DNA of 64,000 bases from assembly GCF_033791185.1 (NCBI RefSeq), contig NZ_JASJHF010000014.1, forward strand, positions 46-64,045. The letters are read 5' to 3'. The notes beneath the pieces were generated by a model. It saw only the letters and a list, made by a program, of their open reading frames with translations. It was not told where the DNA came from and made no database searches. The stretch is from Moritella sp. Lineage in GTDB: Bacteria; Pseudomonadota; Gammaproteobacteria; Enterobacterales; Moritellaceae. A program made the translations under genes and the position numbers. Positions 31,889-44,437 of this stretch are shown here, in pieces (the first letter of the stretch is position 1; the number at the start of each line of letters is the position of its first letter).

Positions 31889-34240
31889 ATGAATTTTGAG
31901 CGTACGGAACGCGTAGATATACCTGTATTACCATTGCGTGATGTTGTGGTTTATCCCCACATGGTAATTCCTTTGTTTATTGGCCGAGAAAAGTCAATTC
32001 GTTGTCTTGAAGCCGCAATGGATACAGATAAGCAAATATTTTTAGTTGCACAAAAAGATGCAGCTCAAGATGATCCCCAAGTCGATGATTTGAATAGCGT
32101 GGGTACAGTCGCTAATATTTTACAAATGTTAAAGTTGCCTGATGGCACGGTTAAAGTATTGGTCGAAGGCACACAACGAGCTAAATTAAATAGCTTGAAT
32201 GATGGCGATGACTACTTCCAAGCCGAGATTGAATACATTATTTCTGAGTCAGTATCTGACAAAGAAGAAGATGTACTTATTCGCTCTGCAATCGGTCAGT
32301 TTGAAGGTTATATAAAACTAAACAAAAAGATCCCAGCTGAAGTACTCACCTCAGTGATGGCGATTGACGAAGCTGCGCGTCTTGCAGATACAATGGCTGC
32401 CCATATGCCATTAAAATTAGAAGACAAGCAGGTGGTATTAGAACTGAGTAACGTTGCAGAACGTCTTGAGTTCCTAATGGCACAAATGGAATCTGAAATT
32501 GACCTATTACACGTAGAGAAGAAAATTCGTACACGTGTTAAAAAACAGATGGAAAAAAGCCAGCGCGAATACTATTTGAATGAGCAAATGAAAGCGATTC
32601 AAAAAGAGCTCGGTGAATCTGAAGATGGTGTTGATGAATTTGAACAATTAGCTGAAAAAATTGAGCAAGCTAACATGCCTGCGGAACCAAAAGCTAAGAC
32701 CATTGCTGAGTTAAATAAATTAAAAATGATGTCGCCTATGTCTGCAGAAGCAACTGTCGTACGTAGTTATATCGATTGGATGATTTCAGTTCCTTGGAAG
32801 AAACGCTCGAAAGTTAAAAAAGACATCGGAAAAGCGCTAGAAATACTTGATTCAGACCACTTTGGTCTCGATAAAGTAAAAGAACGTATTCTAGAATATC
32901 TAGCGGTACAAAGCCGAGTTAATAAACTTAAAGGTCCTATTCTATGTCTTGTCGGTCCTCCAGGTGTAGGTAAAACATCTTTGGGTCAGTCTATTGCGAA
33001 AGCGACAGGACGTAAGTACGTGCGTATGGCACTGGGTGGCGTACGTGATGAAGCGGAAATTCGTGGACATCGCCGTACTTATATCGGTTCTATGCCGGGT
33101 AAAATTATCCAGAAAATGGCGAAGGTTGAAGTTCGCAATCCACTATTCTTGTTAGATGAAATTGATAAGATGGCGTCGGACATGCGTGGCGATCCTGCTT
33201 CGGCACTACTGGAAGTATTAGATCCTGAACAAAATACCACTTTCAATGATCATTATTTAGAAGTTGATTACGATCTGTCTGACGTAATGTTTGTTGCGAC
33301 ATCGAATTCAATGAATATTCCTGGTCCATTACTTGACCGTATGGAAGTGATTCGTTTATCGGGTTATACCGAAGATGAAAAACTAAATATTGCTAAACAG
33401 CATCTACTGGACAAGCAAATTGAGCGTAACGGTTTAAAAGCCAAAGAAATTAACATTGAAGATAGCGCCTTAATGGGCATTATCCGTTATTACACGCGTG
33501 AAGCGGGTGTGCGTTCACTTGAGCGTGAAATTTCTAAATTATGCCGTAAAGCAGTGAAACAGATTTTGCTGAACAAATCACTTCAATCAGTGACGATCAC
33601 CCAAGAAAACTTATCTGAGTATTTAGGCGTACAACGTTTTGATTTTGGTAAGACTGAAAGTGAAAGCCGCGTTGGTCAAGTGACTGGTCTAGCATGGACA
33701 GAAGTAGGCGGTGATTTACTGACTATTGAAACCACATCAGTACCAGGTAAAGGCAAACTGAACTACACCGGTTCGCTTGGTGAGGTGATGCAAGAGTCTA
33801 TTCAAGCTGCGATGACAGTTGTTCGTTCTCGTGCGGAAAAACTACGCATCAATAATGATTTCTACGAGAAGCGTGACATTCATGTTCACGTACCTGAAGG
33901 TGCAACACCAAAAGATGGTCCAAGTGCAGGTATTGCTATGTGCACAGCGTTGGTATCGAGCTTAACGGGTAACCCTGTACGTGCAAACGTTGCAATGACA
34001 GGTGAGATCACGTTAAGAGGTGAAGTATTACCTATCGGTGGCTTGAAAGAAAAGTTATTAGCGGCACATCGTGGTGGCATAAAACGTGTCTTGATTCCCA
34101 AAGAAAATGAGCGTGATTTGGAAGAAATTCCAGCAAACGTGATTGGCGATCTTGAGATCCATCCGGTACGTTGGATTGATGAAGTACTAGAGCTTGCGCT
34201 AGAGTATCATCCCGATGCTTTTGAAGTGGTATCAAAATAG
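31889..34240 (+). CDS. lon: Lon protease
   Basis: [29 protein letters not shown] catalytic serine, IGGLKEK. Confidence 0.98.
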   Translation: MNFERTERVDIPVLPLRDVVVYPHMVIPLFIGREKSIRCLEAAMDTDKQIFLVAQKDAAQDDPQVDDLNSVGTVANILQMLKLPDGTVKVLVEGTQRAKLNSLNDGDDYFQAEIEYIISESVSDKEEDVLIRSAIGQFEGYIKLNKKIPAEVLTSVMAIDEAARLADTMAAHMPLKLEDKQVVLELSNVAERLEFLMAQMESEIDLLHVEKKIRTRVKKQMEKSQREYYLNEQMKAIQKELGESEDGVDEFEQLAEKIEQANMPAEPKAKTIAELNKLKMMSPMSAEATVVRSYIDWMISVPWKKRSKVKKDIGKALEILDSDHFGLDKVKERILEYLAVQSRVNKLKGPILCLVGPPGVGKTSLGQSIAKATGRKYVRMALGGVRDEAEIRGHRRTYIGSMPGKIIQKMAKVEVRNPLFLLDEIDKMASDMRGDPASALLEVLDPEQNTTFNDHYLEVDYDLSDVMFVATSNSMNIPGPLLDRMEVIRLSGYTEDEKLNIAKQHLLDKQIERNGLKAKEINIEDSALMGIIRYYTREAGVRSLEREISKLCRKAVKQILLNKSLQSVTITQENLSEYLGVQRFDFGKTESESRVGQVTGLAWTEVGGDLLTIETTSVPGKGKLNYTGSLGEVMQESIQAAMTVVRSRAEKLRINNDFYEKRDIHVHVPEGATPKDGPSAGIAMCTALVSSLTGNPVRANVAMTGEITLRGEVLPIGGLKEKLLAAHRGGIKRVLIPKENERDLEEIPANVIGDLEIHPVRWIDEVLELALEYHPDAFEVVSK

Positions 34241-34368
34241 TGTAATACCTTGGTTAGAGTGTCTACCCAGACTTGAATAGTCACTCTAACCTTGTTATAA
34301 ATACTGTTAAAGTTAGTTATATTGATGTTCAACTATTACATATCAATGTTCATAATTAGGGGACGAAA

Positions 34369-34644
34369 GTGAATAAAGCTCAACTGATAGATTGTGTTGC
34401 CGCTAAAGCTGATATTTCTAAAGCTGCTGCAGGCCGTGCTATTGATGCAATGATCGAATCTGTAACTGAAACGCTAGAAAAAGAAGAAGCTGTTACGTTA
34501 GTGGGTTTTGGTACTTTTAGTGTTCGTGATCGTGCTGCACGCACGGGGCGCAACCCACAAACAGGCGCGGAAATTCAAATAGCAGCATCGAAGCTCCCGG
34601 GGTTCAAAGCCGGAAAATTATTAAAAGATGCATTGAAATCTTAA
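34369..34644 (+). CDS. hupB: DNA-binding protein HU-beta
   Basis: [23 protein letters not shown]; canonical lon-hupB-ppiD order. Confidence 0.95.
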   Translation: MNKAQLIDCVAAKADISKAAAGRAIDAMIESVTETLEKEEAVTLVGFGTFSVRDRAARTGRNPQTGAEIQIAASKLPGFKAGKLLKDALKS

Positions 34645-34671
34645 GCTATTGGTTTTAAATTTTGAGTAAAT

Positions 34672-34694
34672 ACGCACCATTGGGTGCGTTTTTA
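34672..34694 (+). terminator. Terminator after hupB
   Basis: ACGCACC-ATTG-GGTGCGT-TTTT. Confidence 0.75.
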
Positions 34695-34731
34695 TTGTTA
34701 TTGACTGTATTGCAGTTTAGAGAATACTATT

Positions 34732-36636
34732 ATGTTAGAGAAGTTTCGCGAAGGTTCACAAGGACCGGGTGCTAAAATTATTTTAGGCGCAGTGATCGTT
34801 ACATTTGCCCTTGCTGGTGTCAGTAGCTATCTAGGTAGTGGTAGCACTCAATCCGCTGCAACAGTGAATGGTGTCGACATTTCAACACAAGCACTTGAAA
34901 ATCAAGTTAGAAATGATCGTACTCGTTTAGAGTCTCAACAAGGTGAATCATTCGCCGCTCGTTGGGAACAACCAGAATTCCAAAATCAAGTTCGCCAACA
35001 GTCACTAAACACGTTAGTTGCTCAAAACTTGTTACAACAAATGACGGCTGACCTAGCGTTACGTATTGGTGATGACAAGATCCGTGGTTATATTTTTGCA
35101 ATGCAAGAATTTCAAACTGACGGTGTTTTTAATGATGAGCGTTATATCAGCTTATTACGTCAAAATGGCATGGTTCCAGCACAATTCGTTGAACGTTTAC
35201 GTAGCGACTTTGCTCAACAACAATTGACTGACGCATTAGTGAACTCTGAATTTAGTTTACCAAATGAAGTGCAGCAATTAGCGGCATTACAAAATCAGCA
35301 ACGTCAATTAAGCCAACTTATCGTGCCAGTGAACAAGTTTGCTAGCGATATTACCATCACTGATGCAGAGGTAACGAGCTATTATGAAAAGAGCAAAGCT
35401 TTTTTCCAAACGCCAGAGCAAGCATCTGCTGAGTATATTCTTGTTGATATGAAGAACATCAGTGCTGATATCGAATTAGCTGCTGATGCGGCTGAGAGTT
35501 ATTACAGCGAACATCAATCATCTTATGCACAAGAAGATAAGCGTAAAGTTGCGCATATCCTTATTGCATTCAATGATGATGAATCAGCGGCTGAACAGAA
35601 AGCACAAGATTTGTTAACACAAATCCAATCAGGCGCAGACTTTGCTGAGTTAGCGAAATCATCATCAGATGATACGTTCAGTGGTGAGAATGGCGGTGAA
35701 TTAGATTGGTTAGAAAAAGGTATCATGGACCCTGCATTTGAAACTGCTGCATTTGCATTAGTGAACGATGGTGACGTAACCACTGAACTAGTACGCAGTG
35801 ATTTTGGATTCCATATCATTAAGTTATTAGCTGTTGAACCAGGTGAAGTAAAAGCATTTGCTGACGTTAAAGCGTCAATTGAAACACGTCTTAAAAATGA
35901 GCAGGCTGTTTCTCGTTTTGATGAATTAGCAGAGCAGTTAGCTGCACAAGCCTTTGAAGTACCTGATTCATTGGATGTCGCGTCTGAAGAAACGGGGTTA
36001 GCGGTTGTTTCAACTGAACTGTTTTCTGCGAGTTCAGTACCAGCTCCATTAAATGACCCAAGAGTAACAGCAACATTATTTGATCAAGACTTTATTGCGG
36101 AATCACTAAACTCGGAAATTATTAATATTTCTGATACGCAAAGCATTGTTGTTCGTATTAACGAATACAAGCCGCAAACGACGAAAGCATTAGCAGATGT
36201 TAATGACGAAATCGTTGAACGCTTAACAGCAACAAAAGCAGAGCAAAAAGCCTTAAGCTTTATGAGTACTGTTTCAGCTAAAATTAACGCCGGTGAAAGT
36301 GTTACTGCTGAACTAGCTAATATTGATGCTAGCTTTACTGCGCCGGAATGGTTAAGCCGTTTTGATTATACTAAAGCAGATTTCAAAGTATTGAGCAAAT
36401 TATTCTCAATGCCTAAACCTGCGGCAGCACAAGCAAGCGTAGCGACTGAAACATCACTTAATGGCGATGTGACACTGCTTAAATTCTCATCTGTACGTGA
36501 TGCTGAAATGAATGTAGAAGAAGCCGCTCGTCTGGCTGAGACATTAAAGAACATTAATGCACAGGCTGACTATGAAATGCTAATACAAACGCTGATTAAA
36601 ACCGGTGATGTGTCTTATCCTGTGGTTGCAGAATAA
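34732..36636 (+). CDS. ppiD: Periplasmic folding chaperone PpiD
   Basis: MLEKFREG, N-terminal TM, SurA_N region, parvulin HILI...DFAELAK..S.D...GGELDW...GFHII. Confidence 0.93.
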   Translation: MLEKFREGSQGPGAKIILGAVIVTFALAGVSSYLGSGSTQSAATVNGVDISTQALENQVRNDRTRLESQQGESFAARWEQPEFQNQVRQQSLNTLVAQNLLQQMTADLALRIGDDKIRGYIFAMQEFQTDGVFNDERYISLLRQNGMVPAQFVERLRSDFAQQQLTDALVNSEFSLPNEVQQLAALQNQQRQLSQLIVPVNKFASDITITDAEVTSYYEKSKAFFQTPEQASAEYILVDMKNISADIELAADAAESYYSEHQSSYAQEDKRKVAHILIAFNDDESAAEQKAQDLLTQIQSGADFAELAKSSSDDTFSGENGGELDWLEKGIMDPAFETAAFALVNDGDVTTELVRSDFGFHIIKLLAVEPGEVKAFADVKASIETRLKNEQAVSRFDELAEQLAAQAFEVPDSLDVASEETGLAVVSTELFSASSVPAPLNDPRVTATLFDQDFIAESLNSEIINISDTQSIVVRINEYKPQTTKALADVNDEIVERLTATKAEQKALSFMSTVSAKINAGESVTAELANIDASFTAPEWLSRFDYTKADFKVLSKLFSMPKPAAAQASVATETSLNGDVTLLKFSSVRDAEMNVEEAARLAETLKNINAQADYEMLIQTLIKTGDVSYPVVAE

Positions 36637-36767
36637 GAGCAGGTAAATAGTCTGTTAAAACCTACTGGAGTGACTTAGTTAGGCTTTTATTGAGATCGAC
36701 GCTAAGTCATTTTATTGATTAGATCTCGGTGTGATTTTATATTGCATCGAGATTTTTTTTATTAAAA

Positions 36768-37157
36768 GTGATGGCCATGATTAAATATATTATCACCTTT
36801 ATTATGACGATCGGGATCTTGCTTGTCGGACTGTGGTTTAATTTACCACAGGAGAACTCGCTGTTGGGTCAATGGGTGTCGACAGATGATATATATGGGC
36901 AGCCTGAGCAATTAGTCTTTACTGAATTTGGGATGTTTAAAAATGGTCGTCATGTGCCCGCCAAATTTGATATCTCACGTAAGAAAGTGACGGTGATAAC
37001 GAATGTGGCAAGCACTGAGTATTTAGTTGTTAGCAAAAATATGATTAAGCAGCGCATACCACGTCAAAGGTGGCGTTTCTTTTTACGGGCGAGTGCTTTT
37101 GAAGACAGGCAACAGGCAATAAATAAGAATGAAATAAACCGTTACAATCAAGAATAA
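36768..37157 (+). CDS. Hypothetical membrane-anchored beta-rich protein (possibly DUF2850-like)
   Basis: N-terminal TM followed by LLGQWVS; family guess only. Confidence 0.55.
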   Translation: MMAMIKYIITFIMTIGILLVGLWFNLPQENSLLGQWVSTDDIYGQPEQLVFTEFGMFKNGRHVPAKFDISRKKVTVITNVASTEYLVVSKNMIKQRIPRQRWRFFLRASAFEDRQQAINKNEINRYNQE

Positions 37158-37206
37158 TAACGATTAATCCAAAGTTATTAGTTAAATAGCATTAATAAAA
37201 GAACAA

Positions 37207-38031
37207 TCAACAGCTGCTTTTTTTCATATTATATTGATTAGACAGTATCTGTCCGCACAATGCCGCCGTAGGATTCGAGAATAGCTGTTCAGTACGGCCC
37301 TGCTCAATACACTCTCCTTGATGCATCACGATCATTTTATCGCTGATATGCTTCACCAAGCCCATATTGTGGGTCACGATGATATACGAAATACCGATGG
37401 TTTTTTGTAGTTCCAACATTAAGTTAATCATCTGTGAGCGCAATGAGATATCCAATGTTGATAATGTATCATCTGCAATGATAATTTTTGGATCTAAAAT
37501 CAGCGCCCTCGCCAACGCAATACGTTGCTTTTGTCCACTTGAAAGCATCGGTGGATAAAAAGTTGCATACTCCGGCAGTAAGCCAACTAAGCGTAACGTA
37601 TCGATAATTTTCTTGGTACGTTGAGCTACCGTCATATCAGTGTTTAATTGCAGTGGTGCATCGAGAATTTGGCCAACACTGGTTCGTGGGTTGAGTGATG
37701 TTTCAGGATCTTGAAATACCATTCTGATTGAACGACAACGTAAATCGGTATTACTGTCATCAAGTTTACAACCATTAACATAAATGCTGCCTTTGGTTGG
37801 TGTTATTACACCAGCCAGTAAGCGTGCTAGCGTCGATTTACCTGAGCCTGTCTCACCAATAATGGCGAGTGTTTCAGAACGTTGTAAATTAAATGAAATA
37901 TCATTTACCGCGACCACTTCCTGACGTTTAAAAAAACTAGTTGGATTGATATAAGTTTTACCTAGGTTTTCTACGCGCAGTAAAGGTTGCACACGTTTAT
38001 CCGTCGTGATGTCGGTTATTTCTTCTGACAT
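37207..38031 (-). CDS. sapF: Peptide ABC transporter ATPase
   Basis: [26 protein letters not shown]; last gene of the sap operon. Confidence 0.9.
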   Translation of the reverse strand: MSEEITDITTDKRVQPLLRVENLGKTYINPTSFFKRQEVVAVNDISFNLQRSETLAIIGETGSGKSTLARLLAGVITPTKGSIYVNGCKLDDSNTDLRCRSIRMVFQDPETSLNPRTSVGQILDAPLQLNTDMTVAQRTKKIIDTLRLVGLLPEYATFYPPMLSSGQKQRIALARALILDPKIIIADDTLSTLDISLRSQMINLMLELQKTIGISYIIVTHNMGLVKHISDKMIVMHQGECIEQGRTEQLFSNPTAALCGQILSNQYNMKKSSC

Positions 38032-39029
38032 TTCTTACCTTTTAACTCATCTACATTTAATGGGAAATGACAACTAAACATATGGCCTTTTATCTTTTGC
38101 ATCGGTGGCGTGACCACACAATTTTTTTGCGCATTAGGACAGCGAGGTCCCAGTCGGCAACCAATCGGTAGATGGTGTAGTAGCGGAACTTGTCCGGCTA
38201 ACGTATTCAACTGTGCTTTATGCGGCACTTGATTAAAATCTGGATTAGCACGTAATAATGCGTCGGTGTAAGGGTGATGGGTATGATTAAAAACTTGGTC
38301 TCGCGTACCACTCTCAACCATCTGGCCGCAATACATCACGGTCATATTATCCGCTAACAAGCTCACTGTTTCTAAATCGTGGCTGATTAAGAGGATGGTG
38401 GTATGCGATAGTTTATTCAGTTTATCGAGTAAGCGTAAAATTTGATTCTGTGTTTTCGGTTCCATTGCTGTTGTCGGCTCATCAGCAATTAATAGCCGTG
38501 GTTTTTTGGCAATCGCCATCGCTATCATTACTTTTTGACAAAGGCCTTCAGATAGCTCAAATGGATAGCTGTTCATGACCTTCTTGTGATCTTTTACACC
38601 GACTTTGTGTAATAGGGCAATGGCCTGTTTTTTACGCCAATTAAAGCGCTGCCAAAAATGGCCAGTAAATTGATCGCACGGGATAGCTTCGGCAAGTTGA
38701 TCGCCAGCTTTTTCTGATGGATCCAAATGTGCGGCAGCATCCTGAAAGATCATGCCAATTTCTTTACCCATCACTCGGCGACGTTGCACAGGGGTTAAGT
38801 TAAGTAAATCGATATCACCTAATCGTAAACGGTCTGCGCGGATCCGCCAGTTATCTTTGGCAATGCCCATAATCGCTTTTGCAACCAAGCTTTTACCTGA
38901 ACCAGACTCACCCACTAGGCCACGAACTTCACCGTCACTGAGAGTTATGTTAAACCTATCCACTGCTTTCAGTACACCCTGTGGCGTTTCGATTTCAATG
39001 GTTAGATTTCTAATATCGAGTAACGCCAT
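38016..39029 (-). CDS. sapD: Peptide ABC transporter ATPase
   Basis: [46 protein letters not shown]. Confidence 0.93.
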   Translation of the reverse strand: MALLDIRNLTIEIETPQGVLKAVDRFNITLSDGEVRGLVGESGSGKSLVAKAIMGIAKDNWRIRADRLRLGDIDLLNLTPVQRRRVMGKEIGMIFQDAAAHLDPSEKAGDQLAEAIPCDQFTGHFWQRFNWRKKQAIALLHKVGVKDHKKVMNSYPFELSEGLCQKVMIAMAIAKKPRLLIADEPTTAMEPKTQNQILRLLDKLNKLSHTTILLISHDLETVSLLADNMTVMYCGQMVESGTRDQVFNHTHHPYTDALLRANPDFNQVPHKAQLNTLAGQVPLLHHLPIGCRLGPRCPNAQKNCVVTPPMQKIKGHMFSCHFPLNVDELKGKKCQKK

Positions 39030-39919
39030 TAATCAACTCCCGCAATCACTGATTGTCTTAAACTTTCGCCAACGATATTAATAATAAAAATAGTCACTAA
39101 AATGGCTAAGCCAGGTAGAACAACAGTCCAAGGAGCAATAAATACCAAGTCGGTTGCACCGGACAACATAGTGCCCCATTCAGAAAGAGGACGCTGTGCA
39201 CCTAAGCCTAAAAATCCTAACGCACTAATATCAATTATAGCTGACGAGATCGCGCGTGTAAGTAAGTTAACGAGTGTTTCAATAATGTTCGGAAACACAC
39301 CATAACGGATAATCCGGTAATTATTAGCTCCATCGAGTTTTAGCGCAATAATGTATTCTTTTTGCAGCTCTTGGTAAACCGATAAGTATACACCGCGAAT
39401 AAATTGTGGGATGGACGCTAATAGGATCGCCAGTAAACTATGGTCTAGACCTGGGCCAAGGATAGAGATAATAATAATCGCTAATAACAGTGATGGGATT
39501 GATAATGCCGTATCCATAATATGGTGCAAGGTACTCGACAGCAAACCACGGCTAACGGCAGCAGAAATACCAATTGTCGTGCCGATAATGAGGGCGATAA
39601 CACTGACGAGCACGGCGTTACCAAAGGTAAGGCGCAAACCATATAATAAACGCGAAAGTACATCTCTGCCCAAATCATCGGTACCAAAAAAGTAATCGAC
39701 AGTACCTTGATCATCCCATGATGGTGGTTGCAATAGTAAGTGAGCTTGTCTTAAATCAGGTTCATGAGGCGCAAGCAAAGGTCCAAATACTAATAAGAAA
39801 AACAAGAAGCCAAGCGCCCATAATGCAGCCATGGCGATTTGTTGTGATGAATAATGCTTCCAGGTTTGCTCGGCAGGAGAAAGAATATGTTCATCCGCAA
39901 AGATATTAATGTTGGGCAT
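39029..39919 (-). CDS. sapC: Peptide ABC transporter permease
   Basis: [31 protein letters not shown]. Confidence 0.92.
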   Translation of the reverse strand: MPNINIFADEHILSPAEQTWKHYSSQQIAMAALWALGFLFFLLVFGPLLAPHEPDLRQAHLLLQPPSWDDQGTVDYFFGTDDLGRDVLSRLLYGLRLTFGNAVLVSVIALIIGTTIGISAAVSRGLLSSTLHHIMDTALSIPSLLLAIIIISILGPGLDHSLLAILLASIPQFIRGVYLSVYQELQKEYIIALKLDGANNYRIIRYGVFPNIIETLVNLLTRAISSAIIDISALGFLGLGAQRPLSEWGTMLSGATDLVFIAPWTVVLPGLAILVTIFIINIVGESLRQSVIAGVD

Positions 39920-40871
39920 AAAGTTCTTTCCTGCGAATTGGATGAATGACGACCGTGAGTATTTCAGTTAATACATTGGCAGTCACCACGAAAATAGCCA
40001 CCGTTAACATACCCCCTTGGATCGCCGCATGATCTTGTTGATAAATACTGTTGATTAACCAACGACCAATGCCTGGCCATGAGAATACTGCTTCGGTGAC
40101 CATTGCTGTTGTTAATACTGTACCAAATTGCAAACCCAGATGTGGGATCATGTTGGGAATAGCGTTACGCAGCACATGGCGCATGATAATTTCAGTTTTG
40201 CTTAAGCCTTTACTTGCCGCGGCTTTAATGTATTTTTGCTTCATTACATCACTGACGTGATTACGCATTTGGCGAATAACTTCGGTGGTGGGTACGGTCG
40301 CTAATACAATCGTAGGTAGCACCAAGTGTTTAAGCGCATCATAAAATGCGTCTTGGTTATGTGGACTATCAGAAATAAGGGTATCAATAAGCATAAAACC
40401 AGTCACGGAATCAATTTCATAAAGTAAGTTCAATCGACCGGTTACAGGCAGCCAGTTCCAATTCAGCGCAAAGTACATCATCACTAATGACGCTAACCAA
40501 AACACTGGTATCGAAAAGATAAACAGCGAGATACCCATGATGGTACTGTCCAGTGAGCTACCTCGTTGCATACCTGCAATCGTACCTATGGGTACTCCAA
40601 TCACTATCGACAGAATAAAGGCACTGAAACAGAGTTCTAAGGTGGCGGGAAATACGACTAATATCTCATCCATCACTGGTTGACCTGTGCCACTAGTAAT
40701 CCCTAAATCACCTTGCGCTATCGCCATCAGATAATCTAAATAATTACTGAGTAAACTGCCATCCAAAGCTAAATCACCAGTTACTCGGCTACGTAGAAAA
40801 AAACCAATCACGGTGAGAGCCGTAATAGTAATGACCAGTAGATTAATACGTCTGATTATATAAAAAAACAT
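39906..40871 (-). CDS. sapB: Peptide ABC transporter permease
   Basis: VFPATLELCF, SIPVFWL, HLVLPTIVLATVPTTEVIR. Confidence 0.92.
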   Translation of the reverse strand: MFFYIIRRINLLVITITALTVIGFFLRSRVTGDLALDGSLLSNYLDYLMAIAQGDLGITSGTGQPVMDEILVVFPATLELCFSAFILSIVIGVPIGTIAGMQRGSSLDSTIMGISLFIFSIPVFWLASLVMMYFALNWNWLPVTGRLNLLYEIDSVTGFMLIDTLISDSPHNQDAFYDALKHLVLPTIVLATVPTTEVIRQMRNHVSDVMKQKYIKAAASKGLSKTEIIMRHVLRNAIPNMIPHLGLQFGTVLTTAMVTEAVFSWPGIGRWLINSIYQQDHAAIQGGMLTVAIFVVTANVLTEILTVVIHPIRRKELYAQH

Positions 40872-40874
40872 GAG

Positions 40875-42488
40875 TTATTGCCGTGCTGTATTAATGAAAT
40901 TGATACCACCGAAAGCAGTTGTTTCAACGCCTGTTAAGCCACTAGTATAAGCATGTAAGCGTAACGAGTGTGCCAGTGGAATAAGTGGTAATTCTTGCTG
41001 AATAATTTCTTGAGCCCGGTAGTAGAGGGTGACTCGGTCAATATATTCCGTTTCAGTCACTGCTTGATTGATTAAATCGTCAAACTCGGAATTACACCAG
41101 CGGGTATAATTAGAGCCAGTATTAATCGCGTTACAACTGAGTTGAAAACGAAAGAAGTTATCTGGATCGTTATTATCTGCAGCCCAACCGAGCAAGAAGC
41201 TATCATAATCTGCTTGTTGTAGTTTCTTTTCCATGAGTTGCCACTCATATTTTATAATTCTTACTTCGATACCAATTTGTGCTAGCTCAGCTTGGATAAG
41301 CTCTGCCATTTTGACTGCATCAGGGTTGTAAACTTGCGATGATTTTAACGCCATAATATCCATACTAAAACCGTTGGGATAACCAGCTTCGGTCAATAAC
41401 TGACGTGCGTAGGCAAGGTTATATTTGTAGCTTTTAAGATAAGGATTATAGGCCCAAGAGACGGGGGGCAAAATAGATTTAGCGTTAACACCAGTATTGT
41501 AATAAACCGCTTGTAACAAGGTATCTTGATTAATGGTATGGGCTAATGCACGGCGTATTTTAGGATTGTTAAACGGAGCCTTTTTAGTATTGAAAGCCCA
41601 ATAAGCCACGTTTAGTCCCGTTTCTACCGAAATCTTAACGCGGTCATGTGCACTGATCATCGCGACTTGGCTGGCGGCAGGATAGGCCATGATATCGCAT
41701 TCTTGGGTTAATAATTTTGCTAAGCGTGATGATGCGTTAGGAGTGATATCAAAAATTAATTGTTCAATTTTGGCATTGTCGCCCCAATAATCATCGTGTC
41801 TTTGATAGCGAATAAAATTATTCGCGCGGTATTCTTTGAATTTAAATGGCCCAGTCCCAATCGGTAGATTATCCATATCACTTTGCTGGTTTATCGCGAT
41901 TAATGCATCACCATATTCAGCAGATAATATGACGCTGAAATCACTGGCTAAATTAGCAATAAATGAAGAGTCAGGTAACACAAGTTTAAACTCAATGGTG
42001 TAATCATCAATTTTTACTAACGATTTAATCTGTTGGTCTAGCTCGATGCCTTCGAAAAACGGATAACCAATGTTCGAGACCGCATGATAAGGATGGTTTT
42101 TATTTAAAATTCGTCCGAAACTAAACAACACATCATCAGCATTAAAGGTACGTGTTGGCGTAAAGTAATCGGTTTGATGAAAACGCACGTTCTCACGCAA
42201 GAAGAAGCGATAAGAAAGGCGGTCTTCAGAAACTTCCCAATCAATCGCCAATCCAGCTTTGAATTGCTGGGTATTTGGATCGATAAATAGCAAGCGATCG
42301 TAGAGCTGGCTGGTCGTCGCATCGAGTGTCACATTAGATGTAGCCATCTGAGGATTGAAGGAGTTAGGACTACCTTCAGTGCAATAAGACAAGCCGTTTT
42401 GTTTTATTTGGGGTTGCTCATCACATGCCGTTAATAGCAAGACAACGGTTAGTGGCAGTATATATTTAATCAAATTTCGAATATGCAT
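40875..42488 (-). CDS. sapA: Peptide ABC transporter substrate-binding lipoprotein
   Basis: Lipobox LTAC, YCTEGSPNSFNPQ, PIGTGPFK, YNPDAVKMAELIQAEL. Confidence 0.92.
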   Translation of the reverse strand: MHIRNLIKYILPLTVVLLLTACDEQPQIKQNGLSYCTEGSPNSFNPQMATSNVTLDATTSQLYDRLLFIDPNTQQFKAGLAIDWEVSEDRLSYRFFLRENVRFHQTDYFTPTRTFNADDVLFSFGRILNKNHPYHAVSNIGYPFFEGIELDQQIKSLVKIDDYTIEFKLVLPDSSFIANLASDFSVILSAEYGDALIAINQQSDMDNLPIGTGPFKFKEYRANNFIRYQRHDDYWGDNAKIEQLIFDITPNASSRLAKLLTQECDIMAYPAASQVAMISAHDRVKISVETGLNVAYWAFNTKKAPFNNPKIRRALAHTINQDTLLQAVYYNTGVNAKSILPPVSWAYNPYLKSYKYNLAYARQLLTEAGYPNGFSMDIMALKSSQVYNPDAVKMAELIQAELAQIGIEVRIIKYEWQLMEKKLQQADYDSFLLGWAADNNDPDNFFRFQLSCNAINTGSNYTRWCNSEFDDLINQAVTETEYIDRVTLYYRAQEIIQQELPLIPLAHSLRLHAYTSGLTGVETTAFGGINFINTARQ

Positions 42489-42781
42489 ATTGTTTTATCA
42501 CGATTACTCACCTTGCTAATTTATCATTAAGGTAATGTTCAACCAAGTTAATCCGTGTCTTTTACACCATAATAGTTAAATTTATTGCAATATGATGTAA
42601 AAAATCGAATCGTATCAGTTAGTTTTTAACTGTGTTGTGCCTTATTTAGCAGCATTATTAAGTTATTCATTTAAATCGAGTATGCGGATTATATTAATAT
42701 TAATGGATACATTTTTATTGGCGCTAGGGCTCAAGTTTACATGCTATTATAAGCACATAGTACTTTATGGTGGTTACAGTG

Positions 42782-44350
42782 ATGCGTTTGGAATTAGTTT
42801 GTGAAGATAGAGTTGGTATTAGTCGAGAGATCCTTGACTGTTTTTTAGCGCGTGATATTAATTTATCTGCTATCGAGATCCAGCAACCTGACCGGGTATT
42901 TATTAAATCACCGAACCTAGAATTTTCTGATTTACAGGCATTGATGGCAAGCCTCCGCCGTATTAGCGGTGTATGCGATGTGAAAACAGTCGGTTATTTA
43001 CCTTCTGAGCTCGAACACCAAGAAATTCAAACCTTGATGACTAATTTACCCGACATCGTATTCTCGGTCGATGTGAAGGGCTTAGTGTCTTTGGTTAATA
43101 CCCCTGCATTGACCGCGCTGGGACTTTCAGAGTCACAAGTGAAAGGGCATTGCATTAGTCATTTTGTGAAAGGTTTTTCCATTACTAAGTGGCTAGAATC
43201 AGATGAAGTTTGCGCGCAAACACAAAAGCTGACGTTATTGGATGAAGACTTTTTGGGGGATATCTTACCGTTGAGCATTAGCAGTGATGTTAATCAAGTC
43301 GCGTTATCAAAAACCGCCACTACCGTGAGGCCTGATGAACTTGTTGGTGCGGTTATCATTCTAAAATCAGTCGATCGTATTGGTAAACAATTTAATTTTT
43401 TACGCACCTTTCAGTTTGCCGCATTTGATGAAATTCACGCTAAAAGCGATAAAATGAATGCGCTCATTCATACCGCTAAAAAACTCGCGATGTTAGACGC
43501 ACCATTAATGATCTTAGGTGAAACGGGCGCAGGTAAAGAACTTATAGCCAAGGCCTGTCATCAAGCCAGTGGGCGCTCACAAAATCAATTTTTAGCACTC
43601 AATTGTGCTGCCGTTCCTGATGCAGTTGCCGAATCTGAATTGTTTGGCGTCGTGACAGATGATGGTGAAACCAAACGTGGTATTTTTGAACTGGCTAATG
43701 AAGGTTCGGTATTGCTGGATGAGATTGGTGATATGTCGCCGTACTTGCAAACCAAGTTTTTACGTTTGCTCGAAACTGGTTGTTTTCGCCGCGTCGGTGA
43801 TGAGCAAGAAGTGCGTGTTGATGTGCGTATTTTTTGCACCACCCAAAACGATTTACCTAAGCTTATCAGTGACGGAAAATTCCGCCAAGATTTATATTAT
43901 CGTTTAAATGTGTTATCGATGACGGTGCCTGCGCTACGTGAACGTAAAGAAGACATTATTCCGCTTTGCAATTCTTTTTGCACAGTGTTTAGCCATGAAT
44001 TGCAACGTACTAAGCCACAGTTAAGCCGTAATGTATTAGAGTTATTACAATCTTATCCGTGGCCGGGGAATGTGCGCGAATTACGTAATGTGTTATATCA
44101 CGCGTTAACCTTGTTAGAAGGTGACACCCTAAATTTGTGTGATTTAAACTTACCGAAAGCCAAGAGTGAAGCCTATGATGAAGCCTTGTTTGATGGCTCA
44201 TTGGATGAAGCCTGTAAGCGTTTTGAAAAACTATTATTACAACGCTTATATCCGTCTTACCCAAGTACACGTCAATTGGCAAAACGCTTAGGAGTATCAC
44301 ATACTGCGATTGCGAATAAATTACGTGATTATCAAATTACTAAAAAATAG
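42782..44350 (+). CDS. tyrR: Aromatic amino acid regulator TyrR/PhhR (ATG at 42782 preferred)
   Basis: MRLELVCEDRVG ACT domain, PAS, AAA+ without GAFTGA, C-terminal YPSTRQLAKRLGVSHTAIANKLRDY. Confidence 0.95.
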   Translation: MRLELVCEDRVGISREILDCFLARDINLSAIEIQQPDRVFIKSPNLEFSDLQALMASLRRISGVCDVKTVGYLPSELEHQEIQTLMTNLPDIVFSVDVKGLVSLVNTPALTALGLSESQVKGHCISHFVKGFSITKWLESDEVCAQTQKLTLLDEDFLGDILPLSISSDVNQVALSKTATTVRPDELVGAVIILKSVDRIGKQFNFLRTFQFAAFDEIHAKSDKMNALIHTAKKLAMLDAPLMILGETGAGKELIAKACHQASGRSQNQFLALNCAAVPDAVAESELFGVVTDDGETKRGIFELANEGSVLLDEIGDMSPYLQTKFLRLLETGCFRRVGDEQEVRVDVRIFCTTQNDLPKLISDGKFRQDLYYRLNVLSMTVPALRERKEDIIPLCNSFCTVFSHELQRTKPQLSRNVLELLQSYPWPGNVRELRNVLYHALTLLEGDTLNLCDLNLPKAKSEAYDEALFDGSLDEACKRFEKLLLQRLYPSYPSTRQLAKRLGVSHTAIANKLRDYQITKK

Positions 44351-44437
44351 CATTATCAACCACCAATCTGTTTATAGACTAAAATGGTTAAGGCTCGCAT
44401 CGTCTTATGCGAGCTATTTTTGGACGGAGTCAGCTCG

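Noticed and set aside
42489-42781. TyrR autoregulatory box
   Set aside because: TGTAAA and TTTACA half-sites occur but never with the N6 spacing
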